DNA of 25,956 nucleotides from Escherichia coli (GTDB lineage Bacteria; Pseudomonadota; Gammaproteobacteria; Enterobacterales; Enterobacteriaceae): NCBI RefSeq assembly GCF_003334785.1, contig NZ_QOWV01000029.1; one strand, 5' to 3'. Shown piece by piece: positions 7,805 to 15,778 of this stretch (position 1 is its first letter; each line of letters starts with the position of its first letter). The notes under the pieces were generated by a model. It saw only the letters and a program-made list of their open reading frames with translations, ran no database searches and was not told where the DNA came from. The position numbers and the translations under genes were made by a program.

Positions 7805-8653
7805 TCAGACTCGTGGCGGCAATGCACCAGGATAATGCCGTGCAATAATATCATTCAGTTTTTCAACAAGGTCAGAACGCTTAAAGACAATGTGTACGGT
7901 CCCTTTCTGGTAGCCACGCACCGTAAAATATTCCCCTTCTAACAGCTTACCGACATTGTCGCCGTTCCCGAGAAATTCACCATACTGCGCCCCGATGCTG
8001 TTCCTGAAGTCAGGAACGTTGCGCCCCTCCAGCAGATAAAACGGACGTACCAGATCATCCAGTGCCTCCCGTCCGCTGCAGTCCAGCGTCACACGCCCGT
8101 TACTCCAGAGGTACAGCAGGTTTTCAATAATGATTTTCTTACCCAGACGGCAGGGATTATTGGTTCTGTAATCCCATGACAATTTCCGGTAGACATCAAT
8201 CAGTCCCTGTTCAAACGTCTGCATCTTGCTGGCATTAAGATGGCGGAATGTTGCCAGTACATTGTCCAGGGTGATTTCAGGACAGGTGTCGCTCATCAGC
8301 TGGCTGTTCCACTCATCACGCTGGCATGAACTCATGAAGGTGTACATGCCCGTATCTGTCATCAGGCGGTCCCAGATTTTCCGGTCGGCAAGACGGGTGA
8401 TATTCCTTTTCGCTTCTTCCGGCTTATCCATGCGACGAACGGAATCAGTCACGCAGTCTTCAAACCCGTAAAGAAAAATATCACCTGACGCATCGAGCAG
8501 AATCCTGCGCGCTGTCGCCAGGCATTCCATCGCCTGCATGAACAGTGCAATACCTTCGTTACGCTGCGCGATGATGCGGTCGATAGCCACAGACGGAATA
8601 ACATCTGTCGTGCCGGCAGTATTCAGGTCAGCAGTGGGTAAAGTCTGATTCAT
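7805..8653 (-). CDS. Conserved hypothetical plasmid protein, about 282 aa
   Basis: Long ORF with GAGGAG 8 nt upstream of ATG 8653 (GTG at 8656 also possible). I have seen similar proteins near oriT in IncI-type plasmids but cannot name the family confidently. Confidence 0.7.
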   Translation of the reverse strand: MNQTLPTADLNTAGTTDVIPSVAIDRIIAQRNEGIALFMQAMECLATARRILLDASGDIFLYGFEDCVTDSVRRMDKPEEAKRNITRLADRKIWDRLMTDTGMYTFMSSCQRDEWNSQLMSDTCPEITLDNVLATFRHLNASKMQTFEQGLIDVYRKLSWDYRTNNPCRLGKKIIIENLLYLWSNGRVTLDCSGREALDDLVRPFYLLEGRNVPDFRNSIGAQYGEFLGNGDNVGKLLEGEYFTVRGYQKGTVHIVFKRSDLVEKLNDIIARHYPGALPPRV

Positions 8654-8656
8654 CAC

Positions 8657-9120
8657 ATTGTCTCCTCATCGTCACGACTGCCGGGTCAGCCAGGTCATTT
8701 CCCGGAGGAGCGAAGCTCCTTCTGCCGTCCGGGTCTTAGGGTATTTCCCCGCAGTGGACCTTTCCGACGGGGGACGCTCACCACGTCACGGGGCAGTTGT
8801 CCGGGGGCAGACGCAAAAGTTTTTGACGCCTGCGGCAAAAAGTTTTGTGGCTGGTACATCTCTCCCCTGGGCGGCTGAAACGGGATGTGGTCGTGTATGT
8901 CCCCCGGAAAGTCCGTCTGCGGAGAACGGGCCGCAGTGCGGCGGCAGGCAGGCAGAGACAGCTGCGCCATCAGGCGCAGTGGCCTTACACACCGTAAGGT
9001 GTGCAGGGAGCGCCGCATCCGGCGCGACCGGAGAAAACCGACGGCACAGCAATGGCATGTGGTGGTCACTGGTACACCACTCCCGCACAGGTGAAAACAG
9101 AGAAAACAGCACGACATCCA
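8657..9120. other. GC-rich, hairpin-dense non-coding block (candidate ssDNA promoter/ssi-like element or structured RNA)
   Basis: Multiple short perfect hairpins (GCGCC-ATCA-GGCGC, CACACC-GTAA-GGTGTG, GTGGT-N9-ACCAC, GCGCCG-CATC-CGGCGC) and direct repeat GCAAAAGTTTTT; ORFs here overlap on both strands and lack RBS. Confidence 0.35.
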
Positions 9121-9128
9121 CAATCAAA

Positions 9129-9149
9129 AAAGTGAAATTTCTTCACTTT
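9129..9149. promoter_or_regulatory. Palindromic operator copy 1: AAAGTGAA-N5-TTCACTTT
   Basis: Perfect 8-bp inverted repeat arms, 5-bp spacer. Confidence 0.5.
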
Positions 9150-9168
9150 TTCACACTTATTTTTCGCG

Positions 9169-9195
9169 TTGATTTGGTGATTATGATGATAAAAT
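9169..9195 (+). promoter_or_regulatory. Promoter of the HTH gene: TTGATT - 15 bp - extended -10 TGaTAAAAT
   Basis: -35 at 9169-9174, TG at 9187-9188, -10 TAAAAT at 9190-9195; flanked by the two palindromes. Confidence 0.45.
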
Positions 9196-9216
9196 AAAGT
9201 GAAATTTTTTCACTTT
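9196..9216. promoter_or_regulatory. Palindromic operator copy 2: AAAGTGAA-N5-TTCACTTT
   Basis: Same arms and spacing as copy 1; overlaps the predicted transcription start, 14 bp before the ATG at 9230. Confidence 0.5.
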
Positions 9217-9229
9217 TTCAAAGGTATTT

Positions 9230-9481
9230 ATGACCGGCTGGGAACTGCGAATCTGGCGAAAAAGCATGCTCTGGTCACGCGAAAAAGCGGCCAGAGAATT
9301 TGGCGTGACGCAGAGAACATGGCACGCCTGGGAAAATGCGGAACAGGTGGACGTCACCGTCTGGAGGACCACCCAGGCACTTTCAGTCCGTGACCTGCTG
9401 CCTCACATGCAGGGGATGCGCAAGGCAGATATCATCAGACGACTGGAAAATGAACTGGGGGAAACGGCAGAGGATGTGTGA
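9230..9481 (+). CDS. Small helix-turn-helix (Cro/XRE-like) DNA-binding protein, 83 aa
   Basis: ORF directly after the operator pair; HTH-like segment SREKAAREFGVTQRTWHAWE. Confidence 0.65.
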   Translation: MTGWELRIWRKSMLWSREKAAREFGVTQRTWHAWENAEQVDVTVWRTTQALSVRDLLPHMQGMRKADIIRRLENELGETAEDV

Positions 9482-9511
9482 GCGTAATTCACAGCCTGGC
9501 TGAATGCCAGG

Positions 9512-9670
9512 CTACTGCTCATCAGGAAACAGTTTTTTCAGTTCTTCACCGGAAAGTCCGGTCGCCTCCTGAATCCGTTCCGGCGGCCAGCCCATATCCC
9601 GCAGCCGGCAGGCTATTTCCCGCGCCACTTCAAGAGCGCCTTTTTGAATAAGACGTTCTGCAATCGTCAT
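9512..9670 (-). CDS. Small protein (52 aa) homologous to the C-terminal tail of the adjacent Rpn nuclease (RpnS-like)
   Basis: From MTIAERLIQKG... it aligns with the Rpn tail MTIAERLEQKG...ATGLSDDELKK. Track start at 9733 adds 21 unrelated residues and spans a hairpin; AGGAG lies 13 nt upstream of ATG 9670. Confidence 0.5.
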   Translation of the reverse strand: MTIAERLIQKGALEVAREIACRLRDMGWPPERIQEATGLSGEELKKLFPDEQ

Positions 9671-9691
9671 GCTGTTTGCTCTGCTCCTGCT

Positions 9692-9722
9692 GGCAAAAAA
9701 GCCCGGGATTTTGCCGGGCTTT
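9692..9722 (-). terminator. Hairpin plus U-tract on minus strand between rpn stop and the small tail-like gene (terminator or attenuator)
   Basis: Minus strand AAAGCCCGG-CAAAAT-CCGGGCTTT followed by TTTGCC. Confidence 0.35.
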
Positions 9723-9732
9723 GCGGTTCTCA

Positions 9733-10647
9733 TCAGTGAGTTATTTTCTTCAGTTCGTCATCGGAAAGTCCGGTAGCCTGCTTAATCTGCTCCGGCGTCA
9801 TCCCCATTTTCTGAAGCTGGCACGCAATAGCCAGGGCTTTTTCAAGCGCTCCTTCCATGCGTCCTTCCATCCTGCCTTCCTGGCGACCTTTTTGCTCAAG
9901 ACGTTCTGCGATAGTCATCAGTTTATCCTCATGCTGCGGCAGACGCTCAGCCAGCGCCCGCATAAATTCCGGTGATACAGAGTCCCCTGCGTTAACGATG
10001 TAATGAATCAGAACACGCACCTGCTCGTCTGAAATTTCCACCATGACCTGCGGGAGTTTGTCCAGCAGCTCCATCATGTCACGATGGCGGATATGCTTCA
10101 TCAGCAGCGTCAGTGCGGCCATCCGGCGATGGTTCATGATTTCATTGTCATCAACGACAGTGATATCAACCAGCGGAAACGGCTTTGTGTATATTTTAGC
10201 CGCAAGTGCCGGATTCTCAAAACAGTCCAGCCAGTTCATGCTGTACGGATACGGGCTGCGCTCACCATGATAGAACAGCACCGGAATCACCAGTGGCAAC
10301 GTTTTGTGCTGCTCCAGATGTCTCTGCATCGCCGCCACACTGTAACGTAACATGCGGAAAGGCATGTACAGATTTTCGGTGCTCTGGTGCTCAATGAGCG
10401 TATAAACATAGCCATCTTCACCCCCGGTGGTTTTCACGCTCCAGAGGATATCGCTGGCGTACTGATGCAGGTCCGGCTCAACAAAGGTGGCGGGTTCCAG
10501 CTTCAGCGTGGACAGGTCGCACAACTGCCGGTACTCCGCCGGAAGATGCAGTTCCAGAAAATCTCTGGCGACGTCGGGATTCGCCAGGAACGACCGGAAC
10601 GCGGCATCATGCGGCGTGGGCGTTGTGGTGTTTTTCTTCTTACTCAC
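9733..10647 (-). CDS. Rpn-family recombination-promoting nuclease (YhgA-like PD-(D/E)XK), about 304 aa
   Basis: N-terminal TPHDAAFRSFL...DFLELHLP and overall architecture match my memory of E. coli Rpn/YhgA proteins. Start taken as GTG 10647 with AGGAGG 4 nt upstream. Internal in-frame ATG at 9918 begins the tail (MTIAERLEQ...). Confidence 0.75.
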   Translation of the reverse strand: MSKKKNTTTPTPHDAAFRSFLANPDVARDFLELHLPAEYRQLCDLSTLKLEPATFVEPDLHQYASDILWSVKTTGGEDGYVYTLIEHQSTENLYMPFRMLRYSVAAMQRHLEQHKTLPLVIPVLFYHGERSPYPYSMNWLDCFENPALAAKIYTKPFPLVDITVVDDNEIMNHRRMAALTLLMKHIRHRDMMELLDKLPQVMVEISDEQVRVLIHYIVNAGDSVSPEFMRALAERLPQHEDKLMTIAERLEQKGRQEGRMEGRMEGALEKALAIACQLQKMGMTPEQIKQATGLSDDELKKITH

Positions 10648-10712
10648 GGTTCCTCCTGGTGAGATGTCTGAACGTATCCTGCCGCCTGCACAGGCAGACG
10701 GCAAGGGTTAAT

Positions 10713-10989
10713 CAGTGGCAGACCCGCTCAATTTCAAGCGCGCGGAGCAGGTGGCCCCATTCGCTGACTTTCATAGCGGGGATACGCACCCGCTTCTGCT
10801 CACTGCAGCGTCTGGCGATATGGCCGCTCATCGCCAGGACGTCCGGGTTAATCTCATCCTGTGCCAGCTCCTGACGTCTGAAGCGGGTATGGCGGTGCAG
10901 GGGTTTATTCTCCCGCAGGCACTCTTCACGCAGACGCTTTACATACTCGGCGGTTGCCAGGATAACGTGCCGGCACGGCCTGGGTAACC
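10713..10989 (-). pseudogene. Gene remnant, about 92 codons open with no start codon, ends ...RALEIERVCH
   Basis: Protein-like minus-strand frame opens immediately after a stop and contains no ATG/GTG/TTG until codon 54; abuts the impCAB promoter. Identity unknown. Confidence 0.3.
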
Positions 10990-11141
10990 AGGTATTTTAT
11001 TCACAGAACCGTGCGCAAAATGCTGTGGATAAGCTGGACACAGCAGTCCACAGCAGGCATACAGCCACACTCTCAGAGAATTGAGCGTTTTTTAGTCACA
11101 ATAATGACATTTGACTGTGTGTGGATTCAGTTATTAGAATA

Positions 11142-11157
11142 CTGTATATGCGTACAG
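11142..11157. promoter_or_regulatory. LexA box (SOS operator) CTGTATATGCGTACAG
   Basis: Perfect CTGT-N8-ACAG 24 bp upstream of impC. Confidence 0.8.
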
Positions 11158-11180
11158 CAATAGAAAAGGGAGATGAGAAC

Positions 11181-11429
11181 ATGATCCGCATTGAAATTCT
11201 TTTCGACCGCCAGAGCACAAAAAACCTCAAATCAGGCACACTTCAGGCGCTACAGAATGAAATCGAACAACGTCTGAAACCACACTACCCGGAAATCTGG
11301 CTGCGTATAGACCAGGGCAGCGCCCCGTCTGTATCTGCCACAGGAGCCCGCAACGACAAGGATAAAGAACGTATCCTGTCTCTGCTGGAAGAAATCTGGC
11401 AGGACGACAGCTGGCTGCCTGCAGCATGA
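11181..11429 (+). CDS. impC: ImpC, small first-gene product of the impCAB operon (82 aa)
   Basis: ATG 11181 (MIRIEILFDR...) with GGGAGATGAG upstream; stop overlaps impA start (ATGA). Confidence 0.8.
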   Translation: MIRIEILFDRQSTKNLKSGTLQALQNEIEQRLKPHYPEIWLRIDQGSAPSVSATGARNDKDKERILSLLEEIWQDDSWLPAA

Positions 11430-11863
11430 GTACCGTTTATCACCGTCCGGCTGACCCTTCAGGCGATGACAGTTACGTGCGACCGTTGTTTGCCGATCGT
11501 TGCCAGGCCGGTTTTCCTTCGCCTGCCACTGATTATGCTGAGCAGGAGCTGGATCTGAACAGCTATTGCATCAGCAGACCTGCAGCCACCTTCTTTCTGC
11601 GCGCCAGCGGTGAATCGATGAACCAGGCTGGCGTGCAAAATGGTGATCTGCTGGTAGTGGACAGGGCCGAAAAACCACAACACGGGGACATCGTTATCGC
11701 TGAGATCGACGGTGAGTTCACCGTCAAACGACTGCTGTTGCGCCCACGCCCGGCACTGGAGCCGGTTTCAGACAGCCCGGAGTTCCGCACACTGTATCCG
11801 GAAAACATCTGTATTTTTGGTGTTGTCACTCACGTGATACACAGGACGCGGGAGTTACGCTGA
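11426..11863 (+). CDS. impA: ImpA, UmuD-like self-cleaving subunit of error-prone polymerase (145 aa)
   Basis: UmuD/LexA-type C-terminal protease fold features (SGESM, K in FTVKRLL); gene order and sizes match impCAB. Confidence 0.85.
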   Translation: MSTVYHRPADPSGDDSYVRPLFADRCQAGFPSPATDYAEQELDLNSYCISRPAATFFLRASGESMNQAGVQNGDLLVVDRAEKPQHGDIVIAEIDGEFTVKRLLLRPRPALEPVSDSPEFRTLYPENICIFGVVTHVIHRTRELR

Positions 11864-13134
11864 TGTTTGCACTGGCTGATATCAACAGTTTCTACGCCTC
11901 ATGTGAAAAAGTTTTCCGCCCGGACCTTCGCAACGAACCGGTCATCGTACTCAGCAATAACGATGGCTGTGTGATCGCGCGCAGCCCGGAGGCAAAAGCC
12001 CTTGGCATCAGAATGGGGCAGCCCTGGTTTCAGGTGAGACAGATGCGCCTGGAGAAGAAAATACATGTATTTTCCAGCAATTATGCGCTGTACCACAGCA
12101 TGAGCCAACGGGTTATGGCTGTTCTGGAGTCGCTTTCTCCCGCAGTTGAGCCCTACTCAATTGATGAAATGTTCATTGATTTGCGGGGGATAAATCATTG
12201 CATCTCTCCGGAGGTTTTTGGTCATCAGCTCAGGGAACAGGTAAAGAGCTGGACAGGACTCACCATGGGGGTGGGCATTGCGCCTACAAAAACGCTGGCT
12301 AAAAGTGCACAGTGGGCAACAAAGCAATGGCCACAGTTTTCCGGTGTGGTCGCGCTGACGGCAGAAAACCGTAATCGGATCTTGAAGCTACTGGGGCTGC
12401 AGCCAGTTGGTGAGGTCTGGGGAGTAGGACGCAGACTGACGGAAAAGCTGAATGCGCTGGGTATTAACACAGCACTGCAGCAGGCGCAGGCTAACACGGC
12501 ATTCATCCGGAAAAACTTCAGCGTCATTCTTGAGCGTACGGTACGCGAACTCAACGGCGAGTCCTGCATATCCCTGGAAGAAGCACCACCGGCAAAACAG
12601 CAGATTGTCTGTAGTCGCAGTTTTGGTGAACGAATCACAGACAAAGATGCCATGCACCAGGCTGTTGTTCAGTATGCAGAGCGGGCCGCAGAGAAACTAC
12701 GTGGGGAGAGTCAGTATTGCCGGCAGGTGACGACATTTGTACGGACATCCCCCTTTGCAGTAAAAGAACCCTGTTACAGCAATGCCGCTGTGGAAAAGCT
12801 TCCATTGCCCACACAGGACAGCCGGAACATTATTGCCGCAGCATGCAGAGCGTTAAACCATGTCTGGCGTGAAGGGTACCGCTATATAAAGGCAGGAGTC
12901 ATGCTGGCTGATTTCACACCATCGGGTATAGCGCAGCCGGGATTATTTGATGAGATCCAGCCCCGTAAAAACAGCGAAAAGTTAATGAAAACACTCGATG
13001 AACTGAACCAGTCTGGAAAAGGGAAAGTGTGGTTTGCGGGGCGAGGAACCGCCCCTGAATGGCAAATGAAACGGGAAATGCTCTCGCCTTCGTATACAAC
13101 ACAATGGACTGAGATCCCCATTGCTTCATTCTGA
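11863..13134 (+). CDS. impB: ImpB, UmuC-like Y-family translesion DNA polymerase (423 aa)
   Basis: N-terminal MFALADINSFYASCE... typical of UmuC/MucB/ImpB; start overlaps impA stop. Confidence 0.9.
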   Translation: MFALADINSFYASCEKVFRPDLRNEPVIVLSNNDGCVIARSPEAKALGIRMGQPWFQVRQMRLEKKIHVFSSNYALYHSMSQRVMAVLESLSPAVEPYSIDEMFIDLRGINHCISPEVFGHQLREQVKSWTGLTMGVGIAPTKTLAKSAQWATKQWPQFSGVVALTAENRNRILKLLGLQPVGEVWGVGRRLTEKLNALGINTALQQAQANTAFIRKNFSVILERTVRELNGESCISLEEAPPAKQQIVCSRSFGERITDKDAMHQAVVQYAERAAEKLRGESQYCRQVTTFVRTSPFAVKEPCYSNAAVEKLPLPTQDSRNIIAAACRALNHVWREGYRYIKAGVMLADFTPSGIAQPGLFDEIQPRKNSEKLMKTLDELNQSGKGKVWFAGRGTAPEWQMKREMLSPSYTTQWTEIPIASF

Positions 13135-13138
13135 TATA

Positions 13139-13531
13139 TCAGAATAATTTTTGCATTTTAAGGCGCACATCATTCATTGCCTCCTGCACCGAATCAGTAG
13201 CAGAAGGAGGCATTTTTTCAGCAGATTGCAAAGCACCGAGTTCAGTCAACACAGCTCTGATATCGGCCTGAGAAGGCTTCCATCCAGTCGTCTGACTGAG
13301 TAAGGTTACAACCTGATCTGCTGAAAACTCCTCGCTCAAAATGGCAGTCAGCAATACAGGCAGGCGAGGATCAAGTTGGTGTAACGCCATTCCAGAAATA
13401 AATGCATTCCGGAACAGCTCACCACGCTCAGAACGCGGAACGGACTCTATCGCTTCCAAAGTTTGAAAGTCTGCAGCTTTTTCCGGATGCAGATAAAGTG
13501 TGAATTTTTTCCTTTTCCGTTCATCGTCCAC
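13139..13531 (-). CDS. parR: ParR-type centromere-binding adaptor of type II partition system (130 aa)
   Basis: Immediately downstream of parM; start taken as GTG 13531 with GGAG 8 nt upstream overlapping the parM stop (track ATG 13567 would overlap parM by 32 nt). Confidence 0.65.
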   Translation of the reverse strand: MDDERKRKKFTLYLHPEKAADFQTLEAIESVPRSERGELFRNAFISGMALHQLDPRLPVLLTAILSEEFSADQVVTLLSQTTGWKPSQADIRAVLTELGALQSAEKMPPSATDSVQEAMNDVRLKMQKLF

Positions 13532-13535
13532 AATA

Positions 13536-14507
13536 TTACTCCTCTTTGAAAGCCGCGATAGCTTCAACCAGTGCTGTCTGTGGCGACTCCATCATCACTA
13601 CTTTTTGCCCAAGATGGTGCCATGCCGTTTTTATCGAATCATAGATCAACGGGGCCCCACCACCGACAACATAAACACGATTCACATGATGAAAATCACC
13701 GAGCTCATTGACTACTTGCTCCCCCAGACTGGCAATAGCCCCCTCAATGGTATTAAGGACCAGATCAGTTTTTGTTTCGTCATTTATAACCTGCCGAACA
13801 AAGTCTGGGTCATTACGACGTTTAATCAATTCATCTGCAACGAGGAAACTGGTATCACTGGATGCCATGCGCAATGCACTCATTGCAGCTTTCGTAACTG
13901 AAGACACACCAATGCCAGAATTACCATGAATGGCACTTACAGAGTCAAATTGACCAACGATAACACCAACATCAAGCGTAGTGCCGCCAATATCAACTAC
14001 CAGCGATTTTTCGAACTGACCAACTTTATCCATAACCAGACGAGAAAACACAGCTGGCAATGATTCAGGCATCACATCAACGTGTTCAATGGTGAAAACA
14101 TCGCCCTTATTAAGACGAATCGGCCTCATTAAATTCTCAATTTTACGCTGAATGTTGAGTTCATTTTTTTGACACTCTTTCGTGTAGAACTCACTGATAG
14201 GCAAAGTCACAGTCAATGATACAGGCTGAGGCGCTAATCCACTATTCAGTAAAGCGTGATGCACAGCTAACAGGTTAACATCCGTATATTGATACTCAAT
14301 ATGAGTCGTAAGAATAGATTGGTTGCTAACTTCATCATACGTGTATTTTTTACCATCCAGTTCATAGTTAAATGTCTGGCGAATCCCTAACCCGTCAACC
14401 TTCCATCCATGACGAAATGAGTTTTGCGACAACGACTTACAGATTTTCCCATTGTCATTCCATGCCAACTTGATTGTTGTTGAACCATCATCGCAGTATA
14501 CGTTCAT
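13536..14507 (-). CDS. parM: ParM/StbA actin-like segregation ATPase (323 aa)
   Basis: N-terminal DDGSTTIKLAW and overall similarity to ParM of R1 from memory. Confidence 0.85.
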   Translation of the reverse strand: MNVYCDDGSTTIKLAWNDNGKICKSLSQNSFRHGWKVDGLGIRQTFNYELDGKKYTYDEVSNQSILTTHIEYQYTDVNLLAVHHALLNSGLAPQPVSLTVTLPISEFYTKECQKNELNIQRKIENLMRPIRLNKGDVFTIEHVDVMPESLPAVFSRLVMDKVGQFEKSLVVDIGGTTLDVGVIVGQFDSVSAIHGNSGIGVSSVTKAAMSALRMASSDTSFLVADELIKRRNDPDFVRQVINDETKTDLVLNTIEGAIASLGEQVVNELGDFHHVNRVYVVGGGAPLIYDSIKTAWHHLGQKVVMMESPQTALVEAIAAFKEE

Positions 14508-14735
14508 CTATAGCCCCTTAAATACTCAATCTGAGTAAATCACTGTTTCTGGTTGCAAGGTAATACTCAATTTGAGCACTATCATAGTTATGAAATCACA
14601 AAACACAAGTAATATTTATTACATCATATGACACACTTCATATTTCAAACTTCATAAATATGAACACATATTGACACCTCAGGTTACCGTGTCAAAATAT
14701 CATCATACTTCACACATCACATTTATGAGGTTGCA
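14508..14735. repeat. Intergenic repeat region between divergent par operons; candidate shared centromere and divergent promoters
   Basis: Direct repeats AATACTCAAT(C/T)TGAG (about 14520 and 14563), CATAT(T)GACAC (twice), CTTCATA (twice); AT-rich. Confidence 0.5.
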
Positions 14736-15380
14736 ATGATTACTGTAGTTGGTGGGAACAAAGGTGGTTCAGGGAAAACTACCATTGCATCAAACCTGGC
14801 TATTGCTCTCGCAAATAAAGGAAGGGAAGTCTGCCTGTTAAACGGAGATCTACAACGAACAGCCGCAAAACATCATGCGGAACGAGAAGCTGCAGGACTG
14901 TTACCAGCAATAACCCTTGTTGAGAAATTTGATAACCTGACACAAACACTACAGGCTCTGAATGAAAAGTTCGATGATGTAATAGTGGATGTCGCAGGAA
15001 GAAACTCAAAGGAATTCATAACGAGTGGAGTTGTCGCACATCAAATAATTGCGCCACTACAGTGTTCTCAACCAGATCTGGATACTCTTACAGAACTAGA
15101 ACAACAGATAGACGCAATGCGTAACCTTAACCCGGAACTTAAGGTTTATTGTTTACAAAGTATGGCAACAACCAACCCGGTTTTGAGGGGAAATGAGAGA
15201 AAAGAATTCCTTGAATATCTTGAAGAATTCCCAACAATTCAAGTCCTGGATTCAGTTATTTGTTTCAGAAAAGTCTATCGCGATTGCATGAGCAACGGCA
15301 CCGGTGTAGTTGAAACGAACAATACAGCAGCCAGAGCAGAAATTGAACATTTAATGAATGAGGTATTTGGCCCATGGTGA
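14736..15380 (+). CDS. parA: ParA-type Walker ATPase of type Ib partition system (214 aa)
   Basis: Deviant Walker A GGNKGGSGKTT at the N-terminus; size matches small ParA/ParF proteins. Confidence 0.85.
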   Translation: MITVVGGNKGGSGKTTIASNLAIALANKGREVCLLNGDLQRTAAKHHAEREAAGLLPAITLVEKFDNLTQTLQALNEKFDDVIVDVAGRNSKEFITSGVVAHQIIAPLQCSQPDLDTLTELEQQIDAMRNLNPELKVYCLQSMATTNPVLRGNERKEFLEYLEEFPTIQVLDSVICFRKVYRDCMSNGTGVVETNNTAARAEIEHLMNEVFGPW

Positions 15381-15649
15381 AGAAACCCAGCCAGCAAGCA
15401 TTAAACAGAGCTGCAGTTACGGTAGAACAAGCAGAGGCTCTGGCTCAGCGCCTTGCGGATAAACCATACGGCGCGCCGGAAAAACCCGAACCAGAAAAAC
15501 AATGTCGGACGACAATCTCTCTTGGTGAAAGCATGCTTGTCACAATAGAAGATCTGGCATTGAGGAATAAACGCAATGGTAAAGATCCAAAAAATGTAAG
15601 TGCCATCGTCAGAGTAGCCCTTGAGCAATACTTAAAAACACTAACGTAA
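15374..15649 (+). CDS. parB: ParB-type (ParG-like ribbon-helix-helix) centromere-binding protein (91 aa)
   Basis: Overlaps parA stop; flexible N-terminus and C-terminal RHH-like segment. Confidence 0.7.
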   Translation: MVKKPSQQALNRAAVTVEQAEALAQRLADKPYGAPEKPEPEKQCRTTISLGESMLVTIEDLALRNKRNGKDPKNVSAIVRVALEQYLKTLT

Positions 15650-15716
15650 TAATCAAGAAGTTATTACTTATGAAATCACACTTGTGAATTCATACTATTT
15701 AAGCCCCCTTGCATAC

Positions 15717-15750
15717 AAGAGATCACATATTGCAGTGGTCTCTTTTTTAT
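15717..15750 (+). terminator. Probable terminator of the parAB operon
   Basis: Imperfect 9-bp stem AAGAGATCA / TGGTCTCTT followed by TTTTTT. Confidence 0.4.
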
Positions 15751-15778
15751 AGAATAAATCACAATTCATAATTATGAT

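Noticed and set aside
8658-9197. Several overlapping 69-179-aa ORFs on both strands
   Set aside because: They are mutually overlapping in GC-rich DNA, lack RBS, and give low-complexity Arg/Pro/Gly-rich products; treated as non-coding structured DNA.
9512-9733. Full 73-aa version of the small gene starting at the ATG overlapping the rpn stop
   Set aside because: The first 21 residues have no counterpart in the Rpn tail and span the hairpin/U-tract; homology begins exactly at the internal Met (9670).
10715-10987. 90-aa plus-strand ORF
   Set aside because: The opposite strand carries the more protein-like (though start-less) frame; the plus ORF has no RBS and odd composition.
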